Positions 8,831 to 17,108 of a DNA stretch of 23,598 bases are shown here, in pieces. The stretch spans positions 27,298 to 50,895 of the forward strand of contig PSLL01000010.1 in NCBI GenBank assembly GCA_040289575.1. The letters are read 5' to 3'. The notes beneath the pieces were generated by a model, which was not told the origin of the DNA, ran no database searches, and worked only from the letters and a program-made list of their open reading frames with translations. The DNA comes from Candidatus Dadabacteria bacterium. Its GTDB lineage: Bacteria; Desulfobacterota_D; UBA1144; Nemesobacterales; CSP1-2. A program made the position numbers and the translations under genes. How positions within the stretch are numbered: the stretch's first letter is position 1; the number at the start of each line of letters is the position of its first letter.

Positions 8831-9496
8831 TTACCACCTTCCAAAACAGGTTATTTTACCGTTTGTGAGGCTCGCGGGATCTCGCCTGCAAACGGGAAGT
8901 TTAGGCTCAGAAATTATCACATCATCGGGAGCAACACATGGAGAGGTATCGCCGCAGAACACATTACCATTGATAGAGAACCTATTAATTACTATAGTGT
9001 CCTTCCCGGGGAACTCGGTTCTGCATGCCCCCATAGGATCGATCTTAAATGTTTTTCCCGTGCACGGATTGATGGTGCTGAATAAGGTAGGATTATCCGA
9101 TTCACATTCATTAAGTCGTATTGTTGTTGTGACCCCAGGAGATACCTCAACGGTCAATTGTGTAAATGCAGGGCTACAACTGATTAATCCCGGTAGGACG
9201 GGGTTTGTTACCGGTATGGGTTCTTGTCCCAAATCCGTTGAGAGGGTTGCACCGGTTACGTTTAAAATAAATATATTGTCTCCTATTTTTAGTGTTCCCC
9301 TTCCCACCACAAATACAGTACCGCTATATTTTTTTGATACACCAATTGCTGCATATATACCCGTAGTTTTATTCTTGCCTTTAGCAATGGCAGAAAAATC
9401 GGCGGTTGGTTGAGCTGAGGAAGGTGTATCCCTTAGTGTGCAAAAAGAGCCTAATACAAAGCCAAATATACACAAAGCAATAAATAGTTTCTTCAT
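8831..9496 (-). CDS. Hypothetical secreted Cys-rich protein
   Basis: 221 aa; MKK plus hydrophobic signal, probable cleavage at SSA|QP; eight Cys in the mature part; GAGG RBS. No family recognised. Confidence 0.8.
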   Translation of the reverse strand: MKKLFIALCIFGFVLGSFCTLRDTPSSAQPTADFSAIAKGKNKTTGIYAAIGVSKKYSGTVFVVGRGTLKIGDNIFILNVTGATLSTDLGQEPIPVTNPVLPGLISCSPAFTQLTVEVSPGVTTTIRLNECESDNPTLFSTINPCTGKTFKIDPMGACRTEFPGKDTIVINRFSINGNVFCGDTSPCVAPDDVIISEPKLPVCRRDPASLTNGKITCFGRW

Positions 9497-10262
9497 ATCC
9501 TCTCTCCTGTTATTAAGATTTATCCATGGTTATGTACTCTCAGCTGGTTAGGAAGTTTGTTCGATCCAATATTATGGGGATATTCAATCTGCTTGTGCAT
9601 AAACCTTAAAAATTGTCACACAAAGAATAATCCATCACAAGCTACATAGGAATTATTCTTTGATTTACCCTCGGCTTGTTATATCATTTGGAGAAAGATT
9701 GAATGAAATCTTAATCCTAATATTCGTAGTCTATTCTTTTAGGAAGCCCCGGGTGTTTTATGGAGGGTTAAGCCTAAAGTTTTATATATTCTTCGCATTA
9801 GTGCTTTATTTATCTGAAGAAATATGTCGGAAGTCCGATTGATTTCTCTGTGTTTGAATAGTAGATTTATATTGATTTTTTCGTTATATGTAACTGTAAA
9901 GGCGGAGCTTTAGAGTTATTAGCTTTTAGAAGTTGCAAGCCTGCTTTTTTATCTCCCTATTTTATCATTGAAAGACATACGGATTTAGAATGATAGAAAT
10001 GCATACAAGGGGGGGGTAGACTAAAGTCTTATATGTCTGTTAAATTAATATTCTTTTTCATTCTAAAAATCAACCGAAGTCTGGTTTTCTATATTTAGCG
10101 ATTTAGTATACTTTTCTAAGATACTTAGAAAACAGGCAAATTAGGCAACAGTAGAGAAATAGGGGGCAAGAAAAGCCCGAAGAGAATATTGATAAAATTT
10201 TATATTCAGTAGAATGAAAGTCGTATTTCTGGAGTTCTAACTCAAAATCGTTCATTAAGGAG

Positions 10263-11150
10263 ATGCATCCTTTGTATAACGAAAGGTTCTTTGATACTAA
10301 GGACTCTAAGGAAGCGGTCACGCTTGGAATGCTGCCGCCTTTGACCATCCGTCCATCGCGTGGTTGGGTATCACTCAGGCTCAAGGACCTGTGGGAATAC
10401 CGTGAGCTTCTATATTTCCTAGTCTGGCGCGATATGAAGGTGCGTTACAAACAAACAGTACTCGGTGTTACATGGGCGATTCTGCAGCCTTTTATGACAA
10501 TGGTTGTATTCAGCATCTTCTTTGGAAAGTTGGCTAAGGTACCATCTGACGGGATTCCGTATCCGATTTTTGTATACTGTGCGCTTCTCCCGTGGCAGCT
10601 CTTTGCCAATGCATTAACTGCATCTGGAAACAGTCTGGTGTCGAACCAGGGACTCATAACAAAGGTTTATTTTCCACGCCTGGTCATTCCCATATCGGTG
10701 GTACTGGCTGGGTTGGTCGATTTTGGTATATCACTCTTGGTTTTGCTTGGTATGATGTTCTACTACGGCATTGTTCCAACAACGGCTGTTCTGGTGCTGC
10801 CATTTATCATACTATTCGCTATTGCTACGGCTCTGGCTGTGGGCTTATGGTTGTCAGCCCTAAATGTAAAGTACCGCGACGTGCACTACACGATACCTTT
10901 TCTAACACAGTTCTGGCTCTTCGTAACACCCGTTGCCTACCCCAGCAGCCTGGTGCCGGAGGCATGGCGTATTTTATACGGGTTAAACCCTATGGCTGGG
11001 GTGGTGGAAGGGTTCCGCTGGGCCTTGTTGGGCAAAGCCGGCGGGGTAGGGATGCTAATGACTGTTTCGGTACTGGCAGTCACTATACTCCTTTTCGGGG
11101 GCCTTCTGTACTTTCGGCGTATGGAGAGAACATTTGCAGATATAGTGTAA
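10263..11150 (+). CDS. wzm: ABC-2 polysaccharide exporter permease (Wzm/RfbA-like)
   Basis: LWEYRELLYFLVWRDMKVRYKQT.LG..WAILQP, LITKVYFPR, LNVKYRDV, LNPMAGVVEGFR, FADIV. Alternative ATG at 10329. Confidence 0.95.
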   Translation: MHPLYNERFFDTKDSKEAVTLGMLPPLTIRPSRGWVSLRLKDLWEYRELLYFLVWRDMKVRYKQTVLGVTWAILQPFMTMVVFSIFFGKLAKVPSDGIPYPIFVYCALLPWQLFANALTASGNSLVSNQGLITKVYFPRLVIPISVVLAGLVDFGISLLVLLGMMFYYGIVPTTAVLVLPFIILFAIATALAVGLWLSALNVKYRDVHYTIPFLTQFWLFVTPVAYPSSLVPEAWRILYGLNPMAGVVEGFRWALLGKAGGVGMLMTVSVLAVTILLFGGLLYFRRMERTFADIV

Positions 11151-11153
11151 GCT

Positions 11154-12473
11154 ATGGGCGACGTTGCTATTTGTGTTGAAAATCTGGGTAAGCAATACCG
11201 CATCGGACAGCGCAAGCGCTATAATGCCTTGCGCGACGCATTATCTGAGGCGGTGTATACCCCTTTCCGATGGCTTTCACAATTCGTAAATGGTCAATCA
11301 GCAATCAGTAATGAACAATCCAATGGCATCATCTGGGCATTGAAAGACGTCTCATTCGAGGTTAAGCGTGGTGAGGTTGTCGGCATCATCGGGCCCAACG
11401 GCGCTGGTAAGAGCACATTACTCAAAATCCTCGCTCGTATCACCGAGCCAACGGAGGGTTACGCCGACATTTATGGCAAAGTAGGTTCACTCCTTGAAGT
11501 CGGCATCGGTTTCCACTCTGAGCTAACCGGAAAGGAAAACATATATCTAAGTGGTGCCATACTCGGTATGAAGAAGGCAGAGATTGACCGCAGGTTCGAT
11601 GAGATCGTAGCCTTCTCTGAAGTTGAGAGGTTCCTGGATACACCGGTAAAGCACTATTCTAGCGGCATGTATGTACGCCTGGCCTTTGCTGTAGCGGCTC
11701 ACCTAGAGCCGGAGATTCTGATTGTGGATGAAGTCTTGGCAGTGGGGGATGCCGCGTTCCAGAAGAAGTGTCTGGGGAAAATGGGTGATGTTGCTAGGGA
11801 AGGACGGACGGTGTTGTTCGTATCACACAGTATGGCTGCTATTACTCGTCTTTGTGAAAGAGCAATTCTCATTAAAGAGGGCAGAATCTTAGAAGACGGA
11901 CCATCTCATCGAGTTGTCAGCTTGTACTTAAGTTCAGGAATCGGTACGACTGCCGAGCGAATATGGCCCGACCGTAATAAGTCGCCACAAGGCGAAATCG
12001 TTCGTTTATATGCTGTACGTGTGAGGTCGGAGGAGGGGCATATAATCGACGCAGTTGATATCAGACAACCTCTCAGAGTTGAGATGGAATATGAAGTTCT
12101 CAAGGCGGGTTATGCGCTTATGCCGCATTTTGCCTTTTACAATGAAGAAGGTGTGCTTGCCTTTGTATCTCACGATCTCGACCCAGCTTGGCGGCGGCGA
12201 CCTCGTCCGAAGGGTTTATATGTGAGCACAGTATGGATTCCCGGCAATCTACTCTCTGAGGGGATGTTTTTTGTCCATGCTGGTCTCGATACGATTGACC
12301 CTGTTATCCCTCAATTTGATGAATGCGACGCAGTCGCTTTTCAGGTTATCGATAACTTTGACGGAGATTCAGCACGCGCTGATTATGCCGGAGATATGGG
12401 AGGTATTGTGAGACCAATGTTAAAATGGACTACCCAATCACGCTTAAATGAATTCAAAGTTGGCGATCTTTAG
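11154..12473 (+). CDS. wzt: ABC polysaccharide exporter ATPase with C-terminal Wzt_C-like domain
   Basis: Walker A GPNGAGKST, signature YSSGM, Walker B ILIVDE, VLAVGD..FQKKC, VSH; about 170-aa beta-rich C-terminal extension. Confidence 0.95.
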   Translation: MGDVAICVENLGKQYRIGQRKRYNALRDALSEAVYTPFRWLSQFVNGQSAISNEQSNGIIWALKDVSFEVKRGEVVGIIGPNGAGKSTLLKILARITEPTEGYADIYGKVGSLLEVGIGFHSELTGKENIYLSGAILGMKKAEIDRRFDEIVAFSEVERFLDTPVKHYSSGMYVRLAFAVAAHLEPEILIVDEVLAVGDAAFQKKCLGKMGDVAREGRTVLFVSHSMAAITRLCERAILIKEGRILEDGPSHRVVSLYLSSGIGTTAERIWPDRNKSPQGEIVRLYAVRVRSEEGHIIDAVDIRQPLRVEMEYEVLKAGYALMPHFAFYNEEGVLAFVSHDLDPAWRRRPRPKGLYVSTVWIPGNLLSEGMFFVHAGLDTIDPVIPQFDECDAVAFQVIDNFDGDSARADYAGDMGGIVRPMLKWTTQSRLNEFKVGDL

Positions 12474-12520
12474 TTATAGAAGCTGAGTCTCGAATGCCAT
12501 TTTAGCTTTGGTGAAATAAG

Positions 12521-13507
12521 ATGAGCATCAAGCCGCTGGTATCTGCAATCATTATTTTTCTGAATGAGGAGAAGTTCATACAGGAAGCCATAGAGAGTGT
12601 ATTCGCACAGACTTATGACAACTGGGAACTTTTGCTTGTAGATGATGGCTCAACAGACAGTAGCACTGCAGTTGCTAGACGTTATGCGGAGAAATACCCT
12701 GAAAAAGTGCGTTATCTGGAGCATGATGGCCATCGAAATCTTGGCATGAGTGCTTCACGCAATCTGGGTGTCTATAATGCCAAGGGCGAGTACATATCCT
12801 TCTTGGATGGTGATGATGTCTGGTTACCCCACAAATTAGAACAACAGGTGACAATTCTGGAATCACAACCTGAAGCTGCCATGGTTTATGGACCTCTTCA
12901 GGTGTGGTACAGTTGGTCGGGTAACCCTGAGTATAATAAGCATGACCATCTCATGGGTGTAAATCGTAATGGTGTGCACCCGTACAGTAATACGCTGGTT
13001 AAGCCACCGGCGTTGCTTAGCCTCTTCCTACGGGACGAATTTTTCATACCTGGTGGTATAATGGTACGACGTAATGTATTAGAAAGTGTAGGTGGATATG
13101 AAGAGATTTTTCGTGGTATGTATGAGGATACTGTTGTTCTCGTCAAGATATGCCTTACTTCAGCAGTGTTTGTGTCTAGTGAGTGCTGGTATAGATATAG
13201 GAGTCATCGGGATTCTTACACTGACATTTCATGGGAAAAGGGGCAATTTTACGCTGATCGCTTATTTTATTTGAACTGGGTAGAGGAGTATTTATCAAAA
13301 CAGGGGGTAAAGGATCCCGAGGTATGGAAATCTCTTCGAAAGGCCAAATGGCCCTATCGTCATCCGACTCTAAATCGTTTGTCAGAAATTTACCGCCATT
13401 TTTTTAACCCGATCCAGTGGCACTGGCTAATGATTTTTATAGCGAAGCAGACGTTACCTATTTCTCTTAGGCGCTGGCTACGAACGCTATGGCAGGCATT
13501 TACATAA
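12521..13507 (+). CDS. Glycosyltransferase family 2 (paralogue A)
   Basis: LVSAIIIFLNEEKFI.EAIESV, VDDGSTD, SASRN.G, FLDGDD, YED. Confidence 0.93.
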   Translation: MSIKPLVSAIIIFLNEEKFIQEAIESVFAQTYDNWELLLVDDGSTDSSTAVARRYAEKYPEKVRYLEHDGHRNLGMSASRNLGVYNAKGEYISFLDGDDVWLPHKLEQQVTILESQPEAAMVYGPLQVWYSWSGNPEYNKHDHLMGVNRNGVHPYSNTLVKPPALLSLFLRDEFFIPGGIMVRRNVLESVGGYEEIFRGMYEDTVVLVKICLTSAVFVSSECWYRYRSHRDSYTDISWEKGQFYADRLFYLNWVEEYLSKQGVKDPEVWKSLRKAKWPYRHPTLNRLSEIYRHFFNPIQWHWLMIFIAKQTLPISLRRWLRTLWQAFT

Positions 13508-13533
13508 GGGTATTTAAGATCTGAAGATTGTGC

Positions 13534-14487
13534 ATGTTTGCTAGAGGCTATAGAGAACCCCTCGTCTCTGTTATTGTTAGCTTCTTGAATGCCGAAAGGT
13601 TCATACAAGAAACCATCGAGAGTGTGCTTGCCCAGACTTACGAATACTGGGAACTATTCCTAGTGGATGATGGATCAGATGATAGAAGCACATCAATTGC
13701 TCGGCGGTATGCTGAACGGTATCCCGGAAAGATTCGCTATCTCGAACACGAGGGTCATCAGAATCACGGGGTATGTGTTTCACGCAATCTGGGTATTCGC
13801 CATTCTAAAGGTGAGTATATCGCTATTTTGGACGCCGATGATGTCTGGCTATCACATAAACTGGAACGACAAGTGGAAATCCTAGGTTCACACCCCGAAG
13901 TCGCTATGGTCTATGGAGCCAGTGAATATTGGAACAGCTGGACAGGTAAACCCGAAGATGCTAAACGAGACTTTGTACCAGAACTTGGTGTTCAGACCAA
14001 TACCGTGTTCAATCCGCCAAAGTTGGCTATTCTCTGCTACCCATTAGGAGAAGGTACCGCTCCTTGCCCCTCTAATATACTGTTGCGCCGTGAGATTGTG
14101 GAAGATATAGGAGGATTTGAAGAAGGCTTTCGGGGTATGTACCAATTATACGAAGATCAAGCATTTTTGATCAAGGTGTATCTCAATGCGCCTGTGTTTG
14201 CAGCTGGCGAGTGTTGGGATCGATATAGGATACATCCATATTCCTGTATGGCGCGGACGAGTCAATTCCACGATGAGATTAGGCTGTTTTTTCTAAAATG
14301 GCTGGAGGCGTATCTGACTGAACGAGAGATTAGGGACATCAATATCTGGAAGGCACTGCGGAGGGCCTTCTGGCCATACCAGCATCCGCACTTGTACAGG
14401 TTGTCAAAACTTCCCGGCAATCTCATTGAACAGATAAAAAAACCACTGAAGCGAGTAGTGCGGAGGACATTGCTCACCGACTCTTAG
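13534..14487 (+). CDS. Glycosyltransferase family 2 (paralogue B)
   Basis: LVSVIVSFLNAERFI, VDDGSDD, LDADD, YEDQ. ATG 13534 preferred over TTG 13528. Confidence 0.92.
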   Translation: MFARGYREPLVSVIVSFLNAERFIQETIESVLAQTYEYWELFLVDDGSDDRSTSIARRYAERYPGKIRYLEHEGHQNHGVCVSRNLGIRHSKGEYIAILDADDVWLSHKLERQVEILGSHPEVAMVYGASEYWNSWTGKPEDAKRDFVPELGVQTNTVFNPPKLAILCYPLGEGTAPCPSNILLRREIVEDIGGFEEGFRGMYQLYEDQAFLIKVYLNAPVFAAGECWDRYRIHPYSCMARTSQFHDEIRLFFLKWLEAYLTEREIRDINIWKALRRAFWPYQHPHLYRLSKLPGNLIEQIKKPLKRVVRRTLLTDS

Positions 14488-14534
14488 ATGTTGGTATCGC
14501 GAAATTATTCTGTGGATAGAGACTATCTTGACTG

Positions 14535-15299
14535 ATGGGATACCACAAATTAGCAACACGTACACAGCGCTGGTTGGAAAATCAATGGCGCTGGTTGAGA
14601 AGTCGATGGCAGGCATATCGCTACCCGATTGGAACAGTGAATTTTGGTAGCCTAAGACGGGTAACACCGATCAGCCGTGAGTTTGGATTTGATCGTGGTT
14701 TGCCTGTTGACCGATACTATATCGAGAATTTTCTTGCCCAATATGCCGATGATATTCGAGGACGTGTGCTAGAGGTTGGAGACGATTCATATACCAGACG
14801 ATTTGGCGGAGGCAGAGTAAATACCAGAGATGTACTGCATATTTCTAAAGGGAATCTGATTGCCACATTCGTCGGTGACCTGACAAAAGCCTACCATATA
14901 CCATCGGATACATTCGACTGTTTAATACTGACGCAGACGCTCCAATTTATATACGATGTGCGAGCCGCTATCGGGACAGTCCACCGTATTTTGAAACCAG
15001 GGGGGGTTGTGCTAGCCACATTTTCAGGCATCAGCCAGATTGCGAGCGACGAGTGGGGTGATTATCAGTGTTGGAGTTTCACAAGCCTATCATCGCGACG
15101 GCTGTTTGAGGAATTTTTCCCAGCAGACAATGTTAAGGTCGAAGCCTACGGAAATGTGCTGTCGGCAATCGCGTTTCTGCAGGGGCTTGCGGCTAGGGAA
15201 TTTTGTCAGGAAGAGCTCGATTTCCATGACCCTGCTTATGAGGTCTTAATCACGGTGAGGGCTGTTAAGCCGTTGTTAATTTATGATCAAAGAAGGTAA
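14535..15299 (+). CDS. Class I SAM-dependent methyltransferase
   Basis: FGFDRG.PVDRYYIE.FL, motif I VLEVGD, FDCLILTQTL, RILKPGG. Confidence 0.9.
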   Translation: MGYHKLATRTQRWLENQWRWLRSRWQAYRYPIGTVNFGSLRRVTPISREFGFDRGLPVDRYYIENFLAQYADDIRGRVLEVGDDSYTRRFGGGRVNTRDVLHISKGNLIATFVGDLTKAYHIPSDTFDCLILTQTLQFIYDVRAAIGTVHRILKPGGVVLATFSGISQIASDEWGDYQCWSFTSLSSRRLFEEFFPADNVKVEAYGNVLSAIAFLQGLAAREFCQEELDFHDPAYEVLITVRAVKPLLIYDQRR

Positions 15300-15318
15300 C
15301 TGATAAAATTCCAGGGTT

Positions 15319-17070
15319 ATGAATGATCTCCGATTGATGCAGGACATTAGTAGAGGCAAATCTGTGAGATTTAGTGTAATTATTCCAACTTACCAAAGGC
15401 GAGAGCTTGTATTGGCATTGGTGCATTCTCTGGTAAGACAGGAATTTGACGGCCACTTCGAGGTCATTGTGGTGGTGGACGGCTCAATAGATGGCACAGC
15501 CCAAGCCCTCCGAGAAATCAGCGTCCCCTTTCCCATGATGGTGATTGAACAACAGAACAAGGGTAGGGCTACGGCTCTGAACCGTGGTGCTGATGTTGCT
15601 CATGGAGAAATTTTACTCTTTCTGGACGACGACATGGAAGCCCATCCACGTCTCTTGGCCGAGCACAACCGGTCTCACCAAGAGGGCGCTGATATTGTCC
15701 TTGGGCACATTCCCTTGCATCCCGAATCGCCTTCAAACTTCCTGGGTGCCGCGGTCGGCATTTGGTCTGAGGAAAGGGTTAAGCGGTTGTCGTCTCCAAA
15801 TGCGACTCCGAACATTCACGATATGATTACCGGACAGGCTTCCCTATCACTTGAGATCTTTCGTAAGCTCGGTGGGTTCGACACAAATTTCAATCGCAAT
15901 GGCTCGTTTGGGAACGAAGACCTCGATTTTTGCTACCGTCTCAAACTCAAAGGATATCATATCGTCTTCAACCCAAATGCCATTAGCTGGCAGAAGTACG
16001 TAGTTACCCCGAGTGATTACCTGAGCCAGTGGCGACAGGCAGGGCGTGCGGATGTAGCTCTTGTACGAAAACACCCCGATCTCATCAATGACATCTTTGC
16101 GGCTCACCCTGCCGAGTCCTTAATCGAGCGGGTCTTGTGGCGTCTGACATCTTGGCTCTTGCTTGCTCTAGTAAATGTGGGGATTCAAAACGCTATCACA
16201 ACGAGGTTGTTTTTCCGGGGTCGGGACTTGGAATACTGGCGTGGAGTACGTGAGGCTGGAGGGATACCAAAACCTCAGTCTCTAAGGATCTTAGCCTACC
16301 ACTCAATATCAGATCTATCGGGATGTCACATACTCGAGCAATACGGAGTGCCAGAAGGATTGTTTCTCCGGCAGATAGATACACTTCAAAATTCCGGCTA
16401 TAGATTTATAACTACAGATGAGTTTTTACGTTTTTTAAATGGAAATGGTGGCCTGCCGCGAAAACCTCTATTGCTAACATTCGATGATTGTTTTGAGGAT
16501 ATCTTAAAGGTCGCGTTGCCTATACTTAAGAAGCGGGGTATACCGGCGGTTGCTTTCGCCGTAAGTGGACGTTTGGGTGGAGTGAATGACTGGGATAAAA
16601 TAATTGGGGCTAAGCAAATTCGATTACTCGATGCAAACGGCCTCAAGGAATTAGCAGCCGGTGGGGTCGAGATTGGTTCTCATTCTAAGACCCACCGGCC
16701 CCTCGCCCAGGTTCCGACTGAGGAATTGGCCAAGGAAGTGGGAGGTTCACTGGCAGACCTACAAGCAATTGGGCTACCACGACCGCGGCTTTTCGCCTAT
16801 CCCCATGGCAAAAGTGACGATAGGGTGGAAAAAGCTGTACAGGAAGCTGGTATACAGGCTGCGTTTACAGTAACAGCCGATTGCGTGATGCCATTTCAAA
16901 ACCCTTATCGGATTCCAAGAATCGAGATTCTGAGGTCTGACGTTGGATGGAAGCTCCTTTGTAAGGTCGCCTTGGCCGGGCGGTCGATTATCCCTTCAAT
17001 TGGAATACGTTCACTTCTAAAGCGGTTGCGCCTGAAACTAGCAGTTGCAGTTAGAGAGTACCAAAGCTAA
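15319..17070 (+). CDS. GT2 glycosyltransferase fused to a C-terminal CE4 polysaccharide deacetylase
   Basis: N-terminal SVIIPTY.R, VDGSID, FLDDD, EDLD; C-terminal ILAYH, LTFDDC, GSHSKTH, FAYPHG, IPRI. Confidence 0.92.
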   Translation: MNDLRLMQDISRGKSVRFSVIIPTYQRRELVLALVHSLVRQEFDGHFEVIVVVDGSIDGTAQALREISVPFPMMVIEQQNKGRATALNRGADVAHGEILLFLDDDMEAHPRLLAEHNRSHQEGADIVLGHIPLHPESPSNFLGAAVGIWSEERVKRLSSPNATPNIHDMITGQASLSLEIFRKLGGFDTNFNRNGSFGNEDLDFCYRLKLKGYHIVFNPNAISWQKYVVTPSDYLSQWRQAGRADVALVRKHPDLINDIFAAHPAESLIERVLWRLTSWLLLALVNVGIQNAITTRLFFRGRDLEYWRGVREAGGIPKPQSLRILAYHSISDLSGCHILEQYGVPEGLFLRQIDTLQNSGYRFITTDEFLRFLNGNGGLPRKPLLLTFDDCFEDILKVALPILKKRGIPAVAFAVSGRLGGVNDWDKIIGAKQIRLLDANGLKELAAGGVEIGSHSKTHRPLAQVPTEELAKEVGGSLADLQAIGLPRPRLFAYPHGKSDDRVEKAVQEAGIQAAFTVTADCVMPFQNPYRIPRIEILRSDVGWKLLCKVALAGRSIIPSIGIRSLLKRLRLKLAVAVREYQS

Positions 17071-17108
17071 GAACGCTTCTAAACAGAAGGTATATATAAA
17101 TAGGTTTT

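Noticed and set aside
8865..9413. 182-aa plus-strand ORF
   Set aside because: Antisense shadow of the signal-peptide-bearing gene at 8831-9496.
9660..9842. 60-aa hydrophobic ORF in the intergenic region
   Set aside because: TTG start and AT-rich composition explain the hydrophobicity; it overlaps the putative operator motifs. A small membrane peptide cannot be fully excluded.
9901..9912. ops/JUMPstart element upstream of the polysaccharide operon
   Set aside because: GGCGGAGCTTT only partly matches GGCGGTAGnnT and lies about 350 bp from wzm.
10009..10016. Phase-variable poly-G tract (G8; also G7 runs at 15000 and 20122)
   Set aside because: The tracts are short, a G7 also occurs in housekeeping xseB, and all affected ORFs are in frame.
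10592..11179. 195-aa alternative-frame ORF, and similar short ORFs nested in or antisense to the main genes
   Set aside because: They overlap well-supported genes and show no motifs of their own.
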